From Deltaproteobacteria bacterium (lineage in GTDB: Bacteria > Myxococcota_A > UBA9160 > SMWR01), in the NCBI GenBank assembly GCA_032128375.1, contig JAQBGU010000136.1, positions 1 to 38,769 on the forward strand: DNA of 38,769 nt. Direction: 5' to 3'. Under the pieces are notes generated by a model. It saw nothing but the letters and a program-made list of their open reading frames with translations, made no database searches and was not told the DNA's origin. Position numbers and translations under genes: made by a program. How positions within the stretch are numbered: the first letter of the stretch is position 1; each line of letters begins with the position of its first letter. This document shows, piece after piece, positions 9,250-17,686 of the stretch.

Positions 9250-11397
9250 ATGCCGGAGATGCCGGACGACATCCTCACCACACAGCAAGCCCCGCACCGC
9301 GACCGACCCTCTGGCCGCAAGACGCTGTTCTTTCGGACAGTCGACCTTTGGATTCCCCCAGCGATTCAGTGCGGTGACCGCGAGGAGTTGCGGCGGGCAA
9401 GAATCGTTGTGGGTTTCACGCTGGTGCTGCTCGCTCTGTGTGCCGAGGCACTCGCGTTCTTCCACTGGGCCCTACCCAGCACAGCGTCGCGCTGGATCGA
9501 GATCTCGATCACAATCGGACTCTGCACCACTCTGCTCATCCCTATGGCGCTGCGCCGGTTCTCGATCTCGACGGGTGCGAACCTCATCATCGCCGCATCG
9601 TTCGTGGTGTTACTCACGATCTTCACCGTGCTCGGAGGTATCGCGGCGCCGGTGCTGCACTGGTGCGCATTGATGCCGATGCTTGCGCTGCTGATGGGCG
9701 CACGTCGCTCGGCGGCGTTCTGGACTGGAGCGTCGCTGCTGACGGTTGGCGCCTTCGCTGCTGTGGACCTACTGGGCTGGCCCATCATGAACTACTGGAG
9801 CCAGTCCGAGCTTGCGCAGAATTTTTTTTGGCTTCAACGCGTCGTCGACGTCAATTCGTGGATCGGCGTATTGCTGATGGTCTCGATTCTCTACGAACGT
9901 CACAATGATGAGCAGACAGCCCATCTGACAGCCATGAACGCTGAACTATCCATCGAATTCAACCAGCGCAAGCGCGCGGAGGCGCGAACGCGCTACCTCG
10001 CCTATTACGACGAGCTCACTGATCTCCCCAACCGAGAACTATTCAAGGAGCGGCTTGCGCGCGCCATGAGCGAAGCGGACCAGCAGAAGCGGCTCGTTGC
10101 TCTGCTCTTCCTCGATCTCGATGGCTTCAAGGCGGTCAATGACAACCTGGGGCATGCGCACGGCGACAGCTTGCTGACCATCGTCGCTGGGCGTCTGCGC
10201 AGTTGTGTCAGGCTCGCCGACAGCGTGACACGGTCGGGAGAGGATGAAGAGTTGATCTCTCGACTTGGCGGCGATGAGTTCACCGTGCTGCTCGTGGAAA
10301 TTCGCAGCGCTGATGAAGCCGCGATCGTGGCACGCCGGATTCTCGCTGCGCTCGAGCAACCCGTGATCCTCGACGACCACGAGGTATTTGTCAGCGCGAG
10401 TATCGGGATCTCGATCTACCCGAATGATTCCGATGATGCGGACGGGCTGCTGCGCACCGCCGACCTCGCTATGTACCACGTGAAGGACGCCGGAAAGAAC
10501 GATTTCGAGTTCTACAGCGAGTCGATGAATGCAGGGATCGAGCGGCGGGCGACACTCGGTTCCGATCTGCGACGCGCGCTGCCGCGCGAAGAGTTCACGG
10601 TGTACTACCAGCCGATCCTCAATGCACGGACTCGACGCATCGAATCCGCAGAAGCACTCATCCGTTGGGACCATCCAGTTCTCGGTCAGCTGATGCCTGC
10701 GGATTTTGTCGGAATTGCCGAGCGCAGCGGCCTGATTGTTTCGATTGGAGGCTGGGTTCTGAACGATGTCTGCCGTCGGGCGAGGATTTGGCGCGAACTC
10801 GTACCCGAGCTCAGCGTGGGCGTGAATGTGTCGAGCGTCCAGATCCGAACCGGCAGACTGGCCCAGGACGTGGCGCGCGCGCTGCACGACTTCAACCTCG
10901 AAGCATCAGCGCTCGAGATCGAGATCACCGAGAACGCGATGATGGAGGACTTGGACGAGGCCGCCCGAACCTTCTCCGAAATCAAGCTTCTCGGCTGCCG
11001 AATCTCGTTGGACGATTTTGGGACGGGCTACTCATCATTGTCCTACATCAAACGCTTTCCGGTCGATACGTTGAAGATCGATCGCAGCTTCGTGGTGGAT
11101 GTCTCGACTGACCCCGAGGCACAGGCAATCACCAAAGCGATGATCGCGATGGCGCACGAGCTGCGGCTCGATGTGGTGGCGGAAGGGGTCGAAACAGAGG
11201 CTCAGGACGAATTCCTGACTCGCCATGGCTGCAACCGGCTACAGGGATACCGTTTCGGGCGGCCCATGCCAGCCGAGCAGCTCGAACGCCTGTTCGTCAA
11301 GCAGAGAGATTCGGAGCTGAACGGGCAGCGAGATCGGGACAGCGGGAGTGGCCCGGGATCGTCTAGCAGCGCAACCCAAGATGAGTCGGGCTGCTAG
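9250..11397 (+). CDS. Membrane-bound diguanylate cyclase/phosphodiesterase (TM + GGDEF + EAL)
   Basis: About six N-terminal TM helices; DLDGFKAVND, RLGGDEF, YQP, EALIRW, EITE, DDFGTGYSS, KIDRSF, AEGVE, QGY all intact. Confidence 0.95.
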   Translation: MPEMPDDILTTQQAPHRDRPSGRKTLFFRTVDLWIPPAIQCGDREELRRARIVVGFTLVLLALCAEALAFFHWALPSTASRWIEISITIGLCTTLLIPMALRRFSISTGANLIIAASFVVLLTIFTVLGGIAAPVLHWCALMPMLALLMGARRSAAFWTGASLLTVGAFAAVDLLGWPIMNYWSQSELAQNFFWLQRVVDVNSWIGVLLMVSILYERHNDEQTAHLTAMNAELSIEFNQRKRAEARTRYLAYYDELTDLPNRELFKERLARAMSEADQQKRLVALLFLDLDGFKAVNDNLGHAHGDSLLTIVAGRLRSCVRLADSVTRSGEDEELISRLGGDEFTVLLVEIRSADEAAIVARRILAALEQPVILDDHEVFVSASIGISIYPNDSDDADGLLRTADLAMYHVKDAGKNDFEFYSESMNAGIERRATLGSDLRRALPREEFTVYYQPILNARTRRIESAEALIRWDHPVLGQLMPADFVGIAERSGLIVSIGGWVLNDVCRRARIWRELVPELSVGVNVSSVQIRTGRLAQDVARALHDFNLEASALEIEITENAMMEDLDEAARTFSEIKLLGCRISLDDFGTGYSSLSYIKRFPVDTLKIDRSFVVDVSTDPEAQAITKAMIAMAHELRLDVVAEGVETEAQDEFLTRHGCNRLQGYRFGRPMPAEQLERLFVKQRDSELNGQRDRDSGSGPGSSSSATQDESGC

Positions 11398-12680
11398 CGT
11401 CGCCGCTGGTTCTGTGGCGCGAATCCGGGGCACTTCAAAGCCGCCGCAGGCACGCTCTCGTAGTCCAGTGGGGCAGCGATCTCCGCATGCGTCGGGCCGA
11501 ACTGCGCAGCGAGTGGCGCGAGAAACAAGCCGTAGAGCTTCGCGGCGTTGCCCGCGAGAGCCTGTTGGATCTCGGTCGAATCGGCGGAGCTGCCGGCAAA
11601 GACGAGACGCAACAGCTCTCGGGTGTAGGGGTACGAACCCTCGATATGGGGGTAGTCGCTCCCCCACATGATGTGGTCGATACCGATCTCGTCGCGCATC
11701 TCGAACTCTCGGGGGTGCAGGAAGCTCGACCCGATATGGCATTGGCGGGCAAAATACTCGCTTGGTTTCAGTGACATATTCGCAACGGCCGGCCCACCGA
11801 ATTTGTGCTCGGAGCACTGGTTCTCGTGCTTCATCCGATCGTAGAAAGAATCAAGCTCTCGCAGCTTCTCGGGCACCCAGCCTGTACCGGTTTCGGTCAG
11901 TACGAACTGGAGCGTCGGGTGGCGTTCGAACACACCGCTGAACATCAGATGCCACAACGCGCGGTGCGCCCACCACGTCACTTCGAGCATGAACATCGCC
12001 ATCGATTGCGGCATGTAGAAGCCGAAATCCGGCGTGCTACCGCCGCTGTGGTGGTTGAGGGGCATCTCGAGTTCCGCGCAGGCCGCCCAAATCGGCTCGT
12101 ACTCGGGCGCGTAGAGCGGAGGCACGCCCGAGCCGGGAGGGGCTCCGGGTAGCAATACACCACCTGTTAGGCCGTTTTCTTTGGCCCAGTGGATCTCGTC
12201 GATTGAGCCTTCGATATTCGGCAACAGGATCTGCGCCACGCCCGCGCGCCTGCCGGGTGCCTCCCCGCAGAAGTCGGCAAGCCATCGATTGTGTGCCTGC
12301 AATCCCACCCAGCGCTTTTCGAGTTCGTCGCCGACGTGAGGCTCCTCGAAACCGCTCATCGGCATCGGTGCGAACGGCGGAACCGTGTTGGGAAAGATCA
12401 CCTCGGCCACTACCCCGTCGGCTTGGGTTTCGCTGAGTCTCCTGGCGCTGTCCCAATTCCGATTGCCGTCGAGCTCGGGGTCGCCGTCGACGCCGATACT
12501 TCTTTTCCCCATCACCTGTCGCATGATCTGGGCCATGCTCTCTGCGGATTTCAGCCATGCATCGAAATCGTCGAGGTATTTCGTATCGATGTATGGGCGA
12601 TAGCCTTCTGGATCCATGCCGGCGTGGGAGTCTGAGGTGATCAGTAGGTATCGATCCAGGTCTTGGAATTCTGTCGGCAT
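11394..12680 (-). CDS. Amidohydrolase family (Amidohydro_2) protein
   Basis: ITSDSHAG, AEVIFPN, NRWLADFC, NHHSG, SGVFERHP, MWGSDYPHIEG. Confidence 0.9.
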   Translation of the reverse strand: MPTEFQDLDRYLLITSDSHAGMDPEGYRPYIDTKYLDDFDAWLKSAESMAQIMRQVMGKRSIGVDGDPELDGNRNWDSARRLSETQADGVVAEVIFPNTVPPFAPMPMSGFEEPHVGDELEKRWVGLQAHNRWLADFCGEAPGRRAGVAQILLPNIEGSIDEIHWAKENGLTGGVLLPGAPPGSGVPPLYAPEYEPIWAACAELEMPLNHHSGGSTPDFGFYMPQSMAMFMLEVTWWAHRALWHLMFSGVFERHPTLQFVLTETGTGWVPEKLRELDSFYDRMKHENQCSEHKFGGPAVANMSLKPSEYFARQCHIGSSFLHPREFEMRDEIGIDHIMWGSDYPHIEGSYPYTRELLRLVFAGSSADSTEIQQALAGNAAKLYGLFLAPLAAQFGPTHAEIAAPLDYESVPAAALKCPGFAPQNQRRR

Positions 12681-12704
12681 CCATCGGTCCCCTTGATCCC
12701 GGCT

Positions 12705-13691
12705 CTATTGCGCCTCTATTCGTTCCGACGAACGCCCGTAGAACGCGGTGAATTCCGAGATGAACGCATCGAGCTGATCGGCGGGCAGGTTGTTGATGCC
12801 GGCGGCCGCCTCCCGACCGCCGCCGGTGGGGAAGCGTCGGCAGAGTTCTGAGGCGCCGGTCTTTCTTTCGAGCGGCGCCCGGACGCTGACCAGGTAGGTG
12901 CCGTCGTCACGTTCAGTGATGACGGCATGCGCGCGTGCGGGCGATCCGTTCGCGAGTTCATTGCTGAACACGCCACTCGAGCGCCGTGCCCAGGCTTCGT
13001 CGGGAAACAACAGAACGGCTGTGTCGTGAGTCTGGGTAGAAGGCCGAAGCGCGCGCGCTTTGGACATGTCCTCGAGGTATCCGTTTTCGAGTTTTGAGAA
13101 GGCATCGCGGCTGTCTTCTACGAACTCGAAGGGGCTGGCGTAGTGGGAAACCAAACGGAACAGCACCTCGGGCTCGAAGTGGAGATCTTGGAGTGACGCG
13201 CCATACCCGTTGTAGTTGATGCAGACCCCAAGTCGATCGAGCAGGACGAGCTGTTTCTCGGACAGGCTGAGCGATTCAGCCAGCGTCCGGGCCTGGAGCT
13301 TCAGGTTGTCGCCAAAAGCTCCGACCACAGCCCACGCGATGAATTGGCCCTTCAAATGCCGATTGACCAGGATGCTGGTGCAAACATCGGGAGCGGTATC
13401 GATCAGGGCCATCAAATGCGGGTCGTTGGGAATTTCGCCCGGATCGTGGTGGTCCGCGTAGAAAATCTCCACCCCCAGGGCCAGCGCGTCGACGATGGCG
13501 TCCCGGTTCTTGGCGAGCGAGATATCGAGCACCGTGACCTGGTCGCCGGCTTCGATGCCGGCCTTCGCAACCAGAGAGATGTCGCGTTTGACACCTGTCA
13601 CGAGCCGGGAATTCGCCGGATTCGCGTTGCGGATCTGCGTGAGCGCGCAGATCCCGTCCGCATCGCCGTTGAAGATGTCGATCATTGTCAT
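12705..13691 (-). CDS. DHH/DHHA1-family phosphoesterase
   Basis: DIFNGDADG, LDIS, YADHH, C-terminal VSVRAP...GGGREAAAG. Start is ATG 13691 or 13685; the ORF-track extension to 14255 is antisense to the next gene. Confidence 0.82.
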   Translation of the reverse strand: MTMIDIFNGDADGICALTQIRNANPANSRLVTGVKRDISLVAKAGIEAGDQVTVLDISLAKNRDAIVDALALGVEIFYADHHDPGEIPNDPHLMALIDTAPDVCTSILVNRHLKGQFIAWAVVGAFGDNLKLQARTLAESLSLSEKQLVLLDRLGVCINYNGYGASLQDLHFEPEVLFRLVSHYASPFEFVEDSRDAFSKLENGYLEDMSKARALRPSTQTHDTAVLLFPDEAWARRSSGVFSNELANGSPARAHAVITERDDGTYLVSVRAPLERKTGASELCRRFPTGGGREAAAGINNLPADQLDAFISEFTAFYGRSSERIEAQ

Positions 13692-13776
13692 CGGATTCAG
13701 CCTAGCAGGCTGGGGAAAAACGTACGCGAAAGCGGGCATTTTGACTGGCTGCCGGTCCGCGACCCCGGTGCTTCGG

Positions 13777-13805
13777 TTGACGGCCGCCGGTGTCGTTGAC
13801 ATGCT
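13777..13805 (+). promoter_or_regulatory. Possible sigma70 promoter of the amidohydrolase gene
   Basis: TTGACG-17 bp-CATGCT with an extended -10 TG, about 50 bp upstream of ATG 13858. Confidence 0.4.
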
Positions 13806-13857
13806 GACGCCGCAGCATCCCGAGCGCGAACGGTTCCACTGGAGGACCCCCATTTTC

Positions 13858-14715
13858 ATGCCGATACCCAGAGATCTCGGAATCGTCGATTGCATGATCG
13901 GCTTTCCGGCCAACGATTTTGCCCAGTACGACTTCATTCGCGCGCAGCTGAAAGATGGCTCGATCGGCGACGATTTCCCGGTCGAATATATGTTCAAGAA
14001 CGTCCCCAAAGAGCTGTATGGAACGGCAGATCCGATTTCGATCACGCTGCACGAGATGGACCGCTTCGGCGTCGAGGTCGGACTCATCGGCGTCGGGTCG
14101 GAAGTTTCGAACCAGGCGTTGAAGAAGCACCCCGACCGGTTCGTCGGGCAAGGCCACGTCGACCCGAACCGGGGTACCCAGGGCATCAAAGAGATGGTGC
14201 AGCAGTTCGAGGAGTTTGGGGTGCGCTCGTTCGGAGCGTTCAACGCAGGGTACAACCCTCAAGTCGCGATCGACGCAGCCAAGATGTATCCGATCTACGC
14301 CAAGTGCGTCGAACTCGATGTTCCGATCTTTGTGTGTGCCGGGGTGCCCGGACCGCGGTTTCCGATGTGGCCGCAGAAGGTCGAGCTGATCGACCAGGTG
14401 ATGTACGACTTTCCCGACTTGGTGTTCGTCACGCGACACGGCTGCGAGCCCTGGGAGAAGCTCGCAATGAAGTTGATGCTCAAGTGGCCCAACCTCTACT
14501 ACTCGACTTCTGCATTCGCCCCGAAGTACTACCCCGAAGAGATCGTCAAGTACGCGAACACCCGGGGTGCAGACCGAATCCTCTATGCCGGCTATTTCCC
14601 GATGGGGCTTTCACTCGAACGAATCATGACGGACATGCCGAGCGTTCCGTTCAAGGACGAGGTGTGGCCGAAGTTCCTTCGGGATAACGCGAGGAAGGTG
14701 CTGAAGCTCGATTGA
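13858..14715 (+). CDS. Amidohydrolase family (Amidohydro_2) protein
   Basis: GGAGG RBS; MPIPRDLGIVDCMIGFP, HPDRF, YPIYAKCVELDVPI, RHGCEPW, KWPNLYYSTSAFAPKYY, LYAGYFP. Confidence 0.9.
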   Translation: MPIPRDLGIVDCMIGFPANDFAQYDFIRAQLKDGSIGDDFPVEYMFKNVPKELYGTADPISITLHEMDRFGVEVGLIGVGSEVSNQALKKHPDRFVGQGHVDPNRGTQGIKEMVQQFEEFGVRSFGAFNAGYNPQVAIDAAKMYPIYAKCVELDVPIFVCAGVPGPRFPMWPQKVELIDQVMYDFPDLVFVTRHGCEPWEKLAMKLMLKWPNLYYSTSAFAPKYYPEEIVKYANTRGADRILYAGYFPMGLSLERIMTDMPSVPFKDEVWPKFLRDNARKVLKLD

Positions 14716-14735
14716 ACGTTGCAGGAACTGACTGG

Positions 14736-15879
14736 CTAGCGGCGCATCTTACGTAAGCCCACGAGCGTGAGTACGCTGATGAGATGAATGTATGCGTGAC
14801 CGGGTTCGGGAACGAATACATTGTCGGAAGAGCTTCCGGCGATGAAGACGCTGCCGTCATCGTCCACGGCAATCCCAATCGGCGCGACAAGTTGGTTGCC
14901 CATCGCGTCACCCGTCAGATCGATGATCTCGGTGACCGTGCACTGCGTGTCTTCTGGGACCGTGCCGCAACCATCCGGTGTATCGATCCTGAATGCGTTG
15001 TTGGTTCCGAACCCGGTTACATAGACGTTCCCCGACAGATCCACGGCGACGTCCTTTGGAAAAAAGGCAGCACTCCCTTTGATGATTTCGGTGATCGCCC
15101 CCCGACGGCGTGATGCGAAACACATTGTCGGTGAGATTGCCGACGACGTAGACGTTGCCGGCAGAGTCGACAGCAACACCATCGGCGCCTCCGAGTATCT
15201 TTCCGCCGCCGGCGCCGGTTCCATCGATGATCTCACTGATTGCGCCGCCGGGCGTGATCTCGAAGGCATTTCGGCTGCCCGTGCCAAACCCGCTGACATA
15301 GACATTTCCGTTCGGACCGACAGCGATTCCGTGCGGAGTGACGAGGTTGCTGGTGCCGTCACCGGTATTGTCAATAATCTCGGTGATTGTCGCGTCCGGT
15401 TCGATCTTGAACGCGTTGTTACTCGCATCTCCTGCGACGTAGACATTGAGGCTCGAATCCACCGCGATTGAGACCGTTCCCAACAATGTGTTTGGCCCGT
15501 TCGAATCCTTGTTCATGATCTCGGTAACCACGAGGTCAGGCGTGATCATGAACACGTTGTTGCTCAGATTTCCCGCGATGTACACATTGCCTACAGAGTC
15601 GACCGCAATGTCGATTGGACCGTTGAGCGTGCTTCCCATTCCGGCGCCGACGCCATTGATGATCTCGGTGACTGTGTCATCTGGTGTGATCTTGAAAGCA
15701 TTATTCGAAGCGAAGGCCGCCACGTAGACGTTTCCATTGGCATCCACGGCCACGGCAACCGGCTGTGAGAACTCCTCCGGAACGTCCGTTGCGTTGAGAA
15801 GTTCCATGAAGCCAAACGTCGGCTGTGCGTAGACTGGGAGTGCCATGAGCATGATGGCAAGGGTCGAAATTCGGCGCAT
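14736..15879 (-). pseudogene. NHL/SBBP-repeat beta-propeller protein with PEP-CTERM sorting signal, split by a 1-nt frameshift at 15098-15103
   Basis: GAGGAG RBS and signal peptide MRRISTLAIMLMALPVYA; repeats of IAVD..GNVY.AG..SNNAFKITP...TEII; the second frame continues AITEII... and ends VPEP + hydrophobic helix + RKMRR. Confidence 0.85.
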
Positions 15880-16190
15880 AGAGCACTCCTCGGGGGAAAT
15901 CTCCGTGTGATTGAGATCATTCGGCGGCGTCGGAGGGTAGCACCCGGCTTGCCCGCGAGCTTCGGAATAGGGCGCCTCTACACCCGCCTTTGGTTCGCAT
16001 GGAATGGTTGGGATGCTCGAGCATCGTCTATGCGCACTTGAGTGACTTTTTGCCAGCCAGTTGCGTGCTTGCGAATGCCATTCGGGTAGAATGATCGCGC
16101 ACGAACATCTGGCGACAACATCAATAAGCTCAGCAGTAGGCTCGGCGCCATTGCCAATCTCAGCAGCGTGTAGGTCTCCACCGCGCGATC

Positions 16191-16721
16191 CTAAGAGAGT
16201 GTACCGCGATGACGAATGAGCCGGGCGGGCCAATCCCAAAATCCGCGGATTTCCGCACAGCGCTCACCGACGTCTGACCATTTCGCGACGCGAACCGCGA
16301 GCGACGCGACCGCGGCCGGCGCGAAGCCGAGTTGGAGCCGGTCTATCAGTTCGCTGGGACCTGCGGCCGTCAGCCATTTCGCGAGCTCAGATATTCCCGG
16401 GTTGTGTGCAACAAGAAGTACGCATTCGACCGAGTCTGGAATCGAGGTGAGTTGAGCGCGCATCGAATTCAGGCCTGCGAGGTAGAGTAGAGGATCTGCC
16501 TCGACCTGAGGTGTCGTGGATAGTCCGGACTGAATGTGTTGCCATGTCTGTGTCACCCGCACGGCAGTCGAAAGCAACGCGACCTGCGGCTCGCATTGCG
16601 CCTCGGCCAGGTACTTACCCGCTTGGACGGCGGCTTCCACGCCGTGGCGCGTCAGCGCGCGTTCATGATCGTCGCGCCCTTCGACCGCGTGCGCATGTCG
16701 CACCAGGAACAGGCTCTTCAT
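16191..16721 (-). CDS. sixA: SixA-type histidine phosphatase
   Basis: LFLVRHA, DHERALT..G, STAVRVTQT, LLVAHNPG. Confidence 0.85.
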   Translation of the reverse strand: MKSLFLVRHAHAVEGRDDHERALTRHGVEAAVQAGKYLAEAQCEPQVALLSTAVRVTQTWQHIQSGLSTTPQVEADPLLYLAGLNSMRAQLTSIPDSVECVLLVAHNPGISELAKWLTAAGPSELIDRLQLGFAPAAVASLAVRVAKWSDVGERCAEIRGFWDWPARLIRHRGTLS

Positions 16722-16805
16722 TCAGCGCAGAATTTCATCGAGAGCAGACCTTCATCGAGAGCCGACCTCCTTCATTGCAGAGCAGACCTTCATTACAGAA
16801 CAGGC
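16717..16805 (+). repeat. Degenerate 17-20 bp tandem repeat (TTCAT..AGAGCAGACC) x5 over the sixA start region
   Basis: ttcattcagcgcagaat / ttcatcgagagcagacc / ttcatcgagagccgacctcc / ttcattgcagagcagacc / ttcattacagaacaggc. Confidence 0.8.
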
Positions 16806-16843
16806 GCTGGCTCAGTGCTGCCCTCATGCGAAGCCGAGCCTGG

Positions 16844-17398
16844 TCACTCTGCGTCTGGCGTGGAGGCTTCCAGGTGAAAGCGCTCGCATTCTTCGGAGTA
16901 ACTCAATTTGGAGTGATTCCGGATGCGGTCGATGTACAGCACACCGTCGAGGTGGTCGAGTTCGTGCTGACAGACAGTGGCGAGAAACCCCTCGGCGGTC
17001 ACGCTGCGCGGTTCGGCGTTCTCGTCCAGATAGTCGACTTGAACCTTGGAGGGCCTTTCGACGTAGCCGCGAAGACCCGGCAGGGACAGACATCCCTCCC
17101 AGTATCCCGAAGGGGTCGCATCCAGCACGCTGACCCGTGCATTGAACAAAACCACCAGGGATTGTGGTTCATCGACCGCATAACGCGGGTTGTCGGCTCC
17201 GAATTCGATCAGCGCGATTCGGATCGGTTCGTGAACTTGCGGGGCGGCGATACCCACACCGCCGTATTCGCGCATGGTCTCGCGCATGTCCGATACGAGA
17301 CGGCGAAATCGATCCGACCGGATTTCTTCCGGGGTCAAGTCACGGCACACCTCGCGCAACACAGGGTGTCCCATCCGGGCGACCTTTAGAATGGCCAA
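16844..17398 (-). CDS. def: Peptide deformylase
   Basis: GVGIAAPQV, EGCLS and QHELDHLDG motifs; TTG start at 17398 after GGAG. Confidence 0.95.
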   Translation of the reverse strand: MAILKVARMGHPVLREVCRDLTPEEIRSDRFRRLVSDMRETMREYGGVGIAAPQVHEPIRIALIEFGADNPRYAVDEPQSLVVLFNARVSVLDATPSGYWEGCLSLPGLRGYVERPSKVQVDYLDENAEPRSVTAEGFLATVCQHELDHLDGVLYIDRIRNHSKLSYSEECERFHLEASTPDAE

Positions 17399-17686
17399 GT
17401 TTCGAACGACTCCAGTTGGGGAGGCCCGATTCGATGGGGTCGGAATTCGGTTGCCTTCGAATGACGGGGTACTGGGCGGTCGAACCATTTCCCAGCCAAT
17501 CGCAATTGTGGCCGAAGAATCCCTTCGCGTCATCTTCGTGATCGTCGCGCACGGGCCGTTGTCGCTGGCGCGTCCTTCCAGGCTGAAGATCAGGCCAGAA
17601 CAATCCGCAGCGGGGCCTGTGGTATTCGAGGCGATTCTGGGGCGGTCGAATTTCTGATCGCAGATATTCCCGTGTATTCTGGTGAA

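Noticed and set aside
11394..11397. Convergent genes sharing CTAG as overlapping stop codons
   Set aside because: Real but commonplace in compact genomes; no sign of function.
13692..14255. N-terminal extension of the 516-aa DHH ORF (and of the 406-aa opposite-strand ORF from 13495)
   Set aside because: Each extension is antisense to the other gene; family similarity starts at 13691 and 13858.
17463..17475. 13-bp reverse-complement match to the repeat at 34324-34336
   Set aside because: Matches of this length are expected by chance in a GC-rich 39-kb window.
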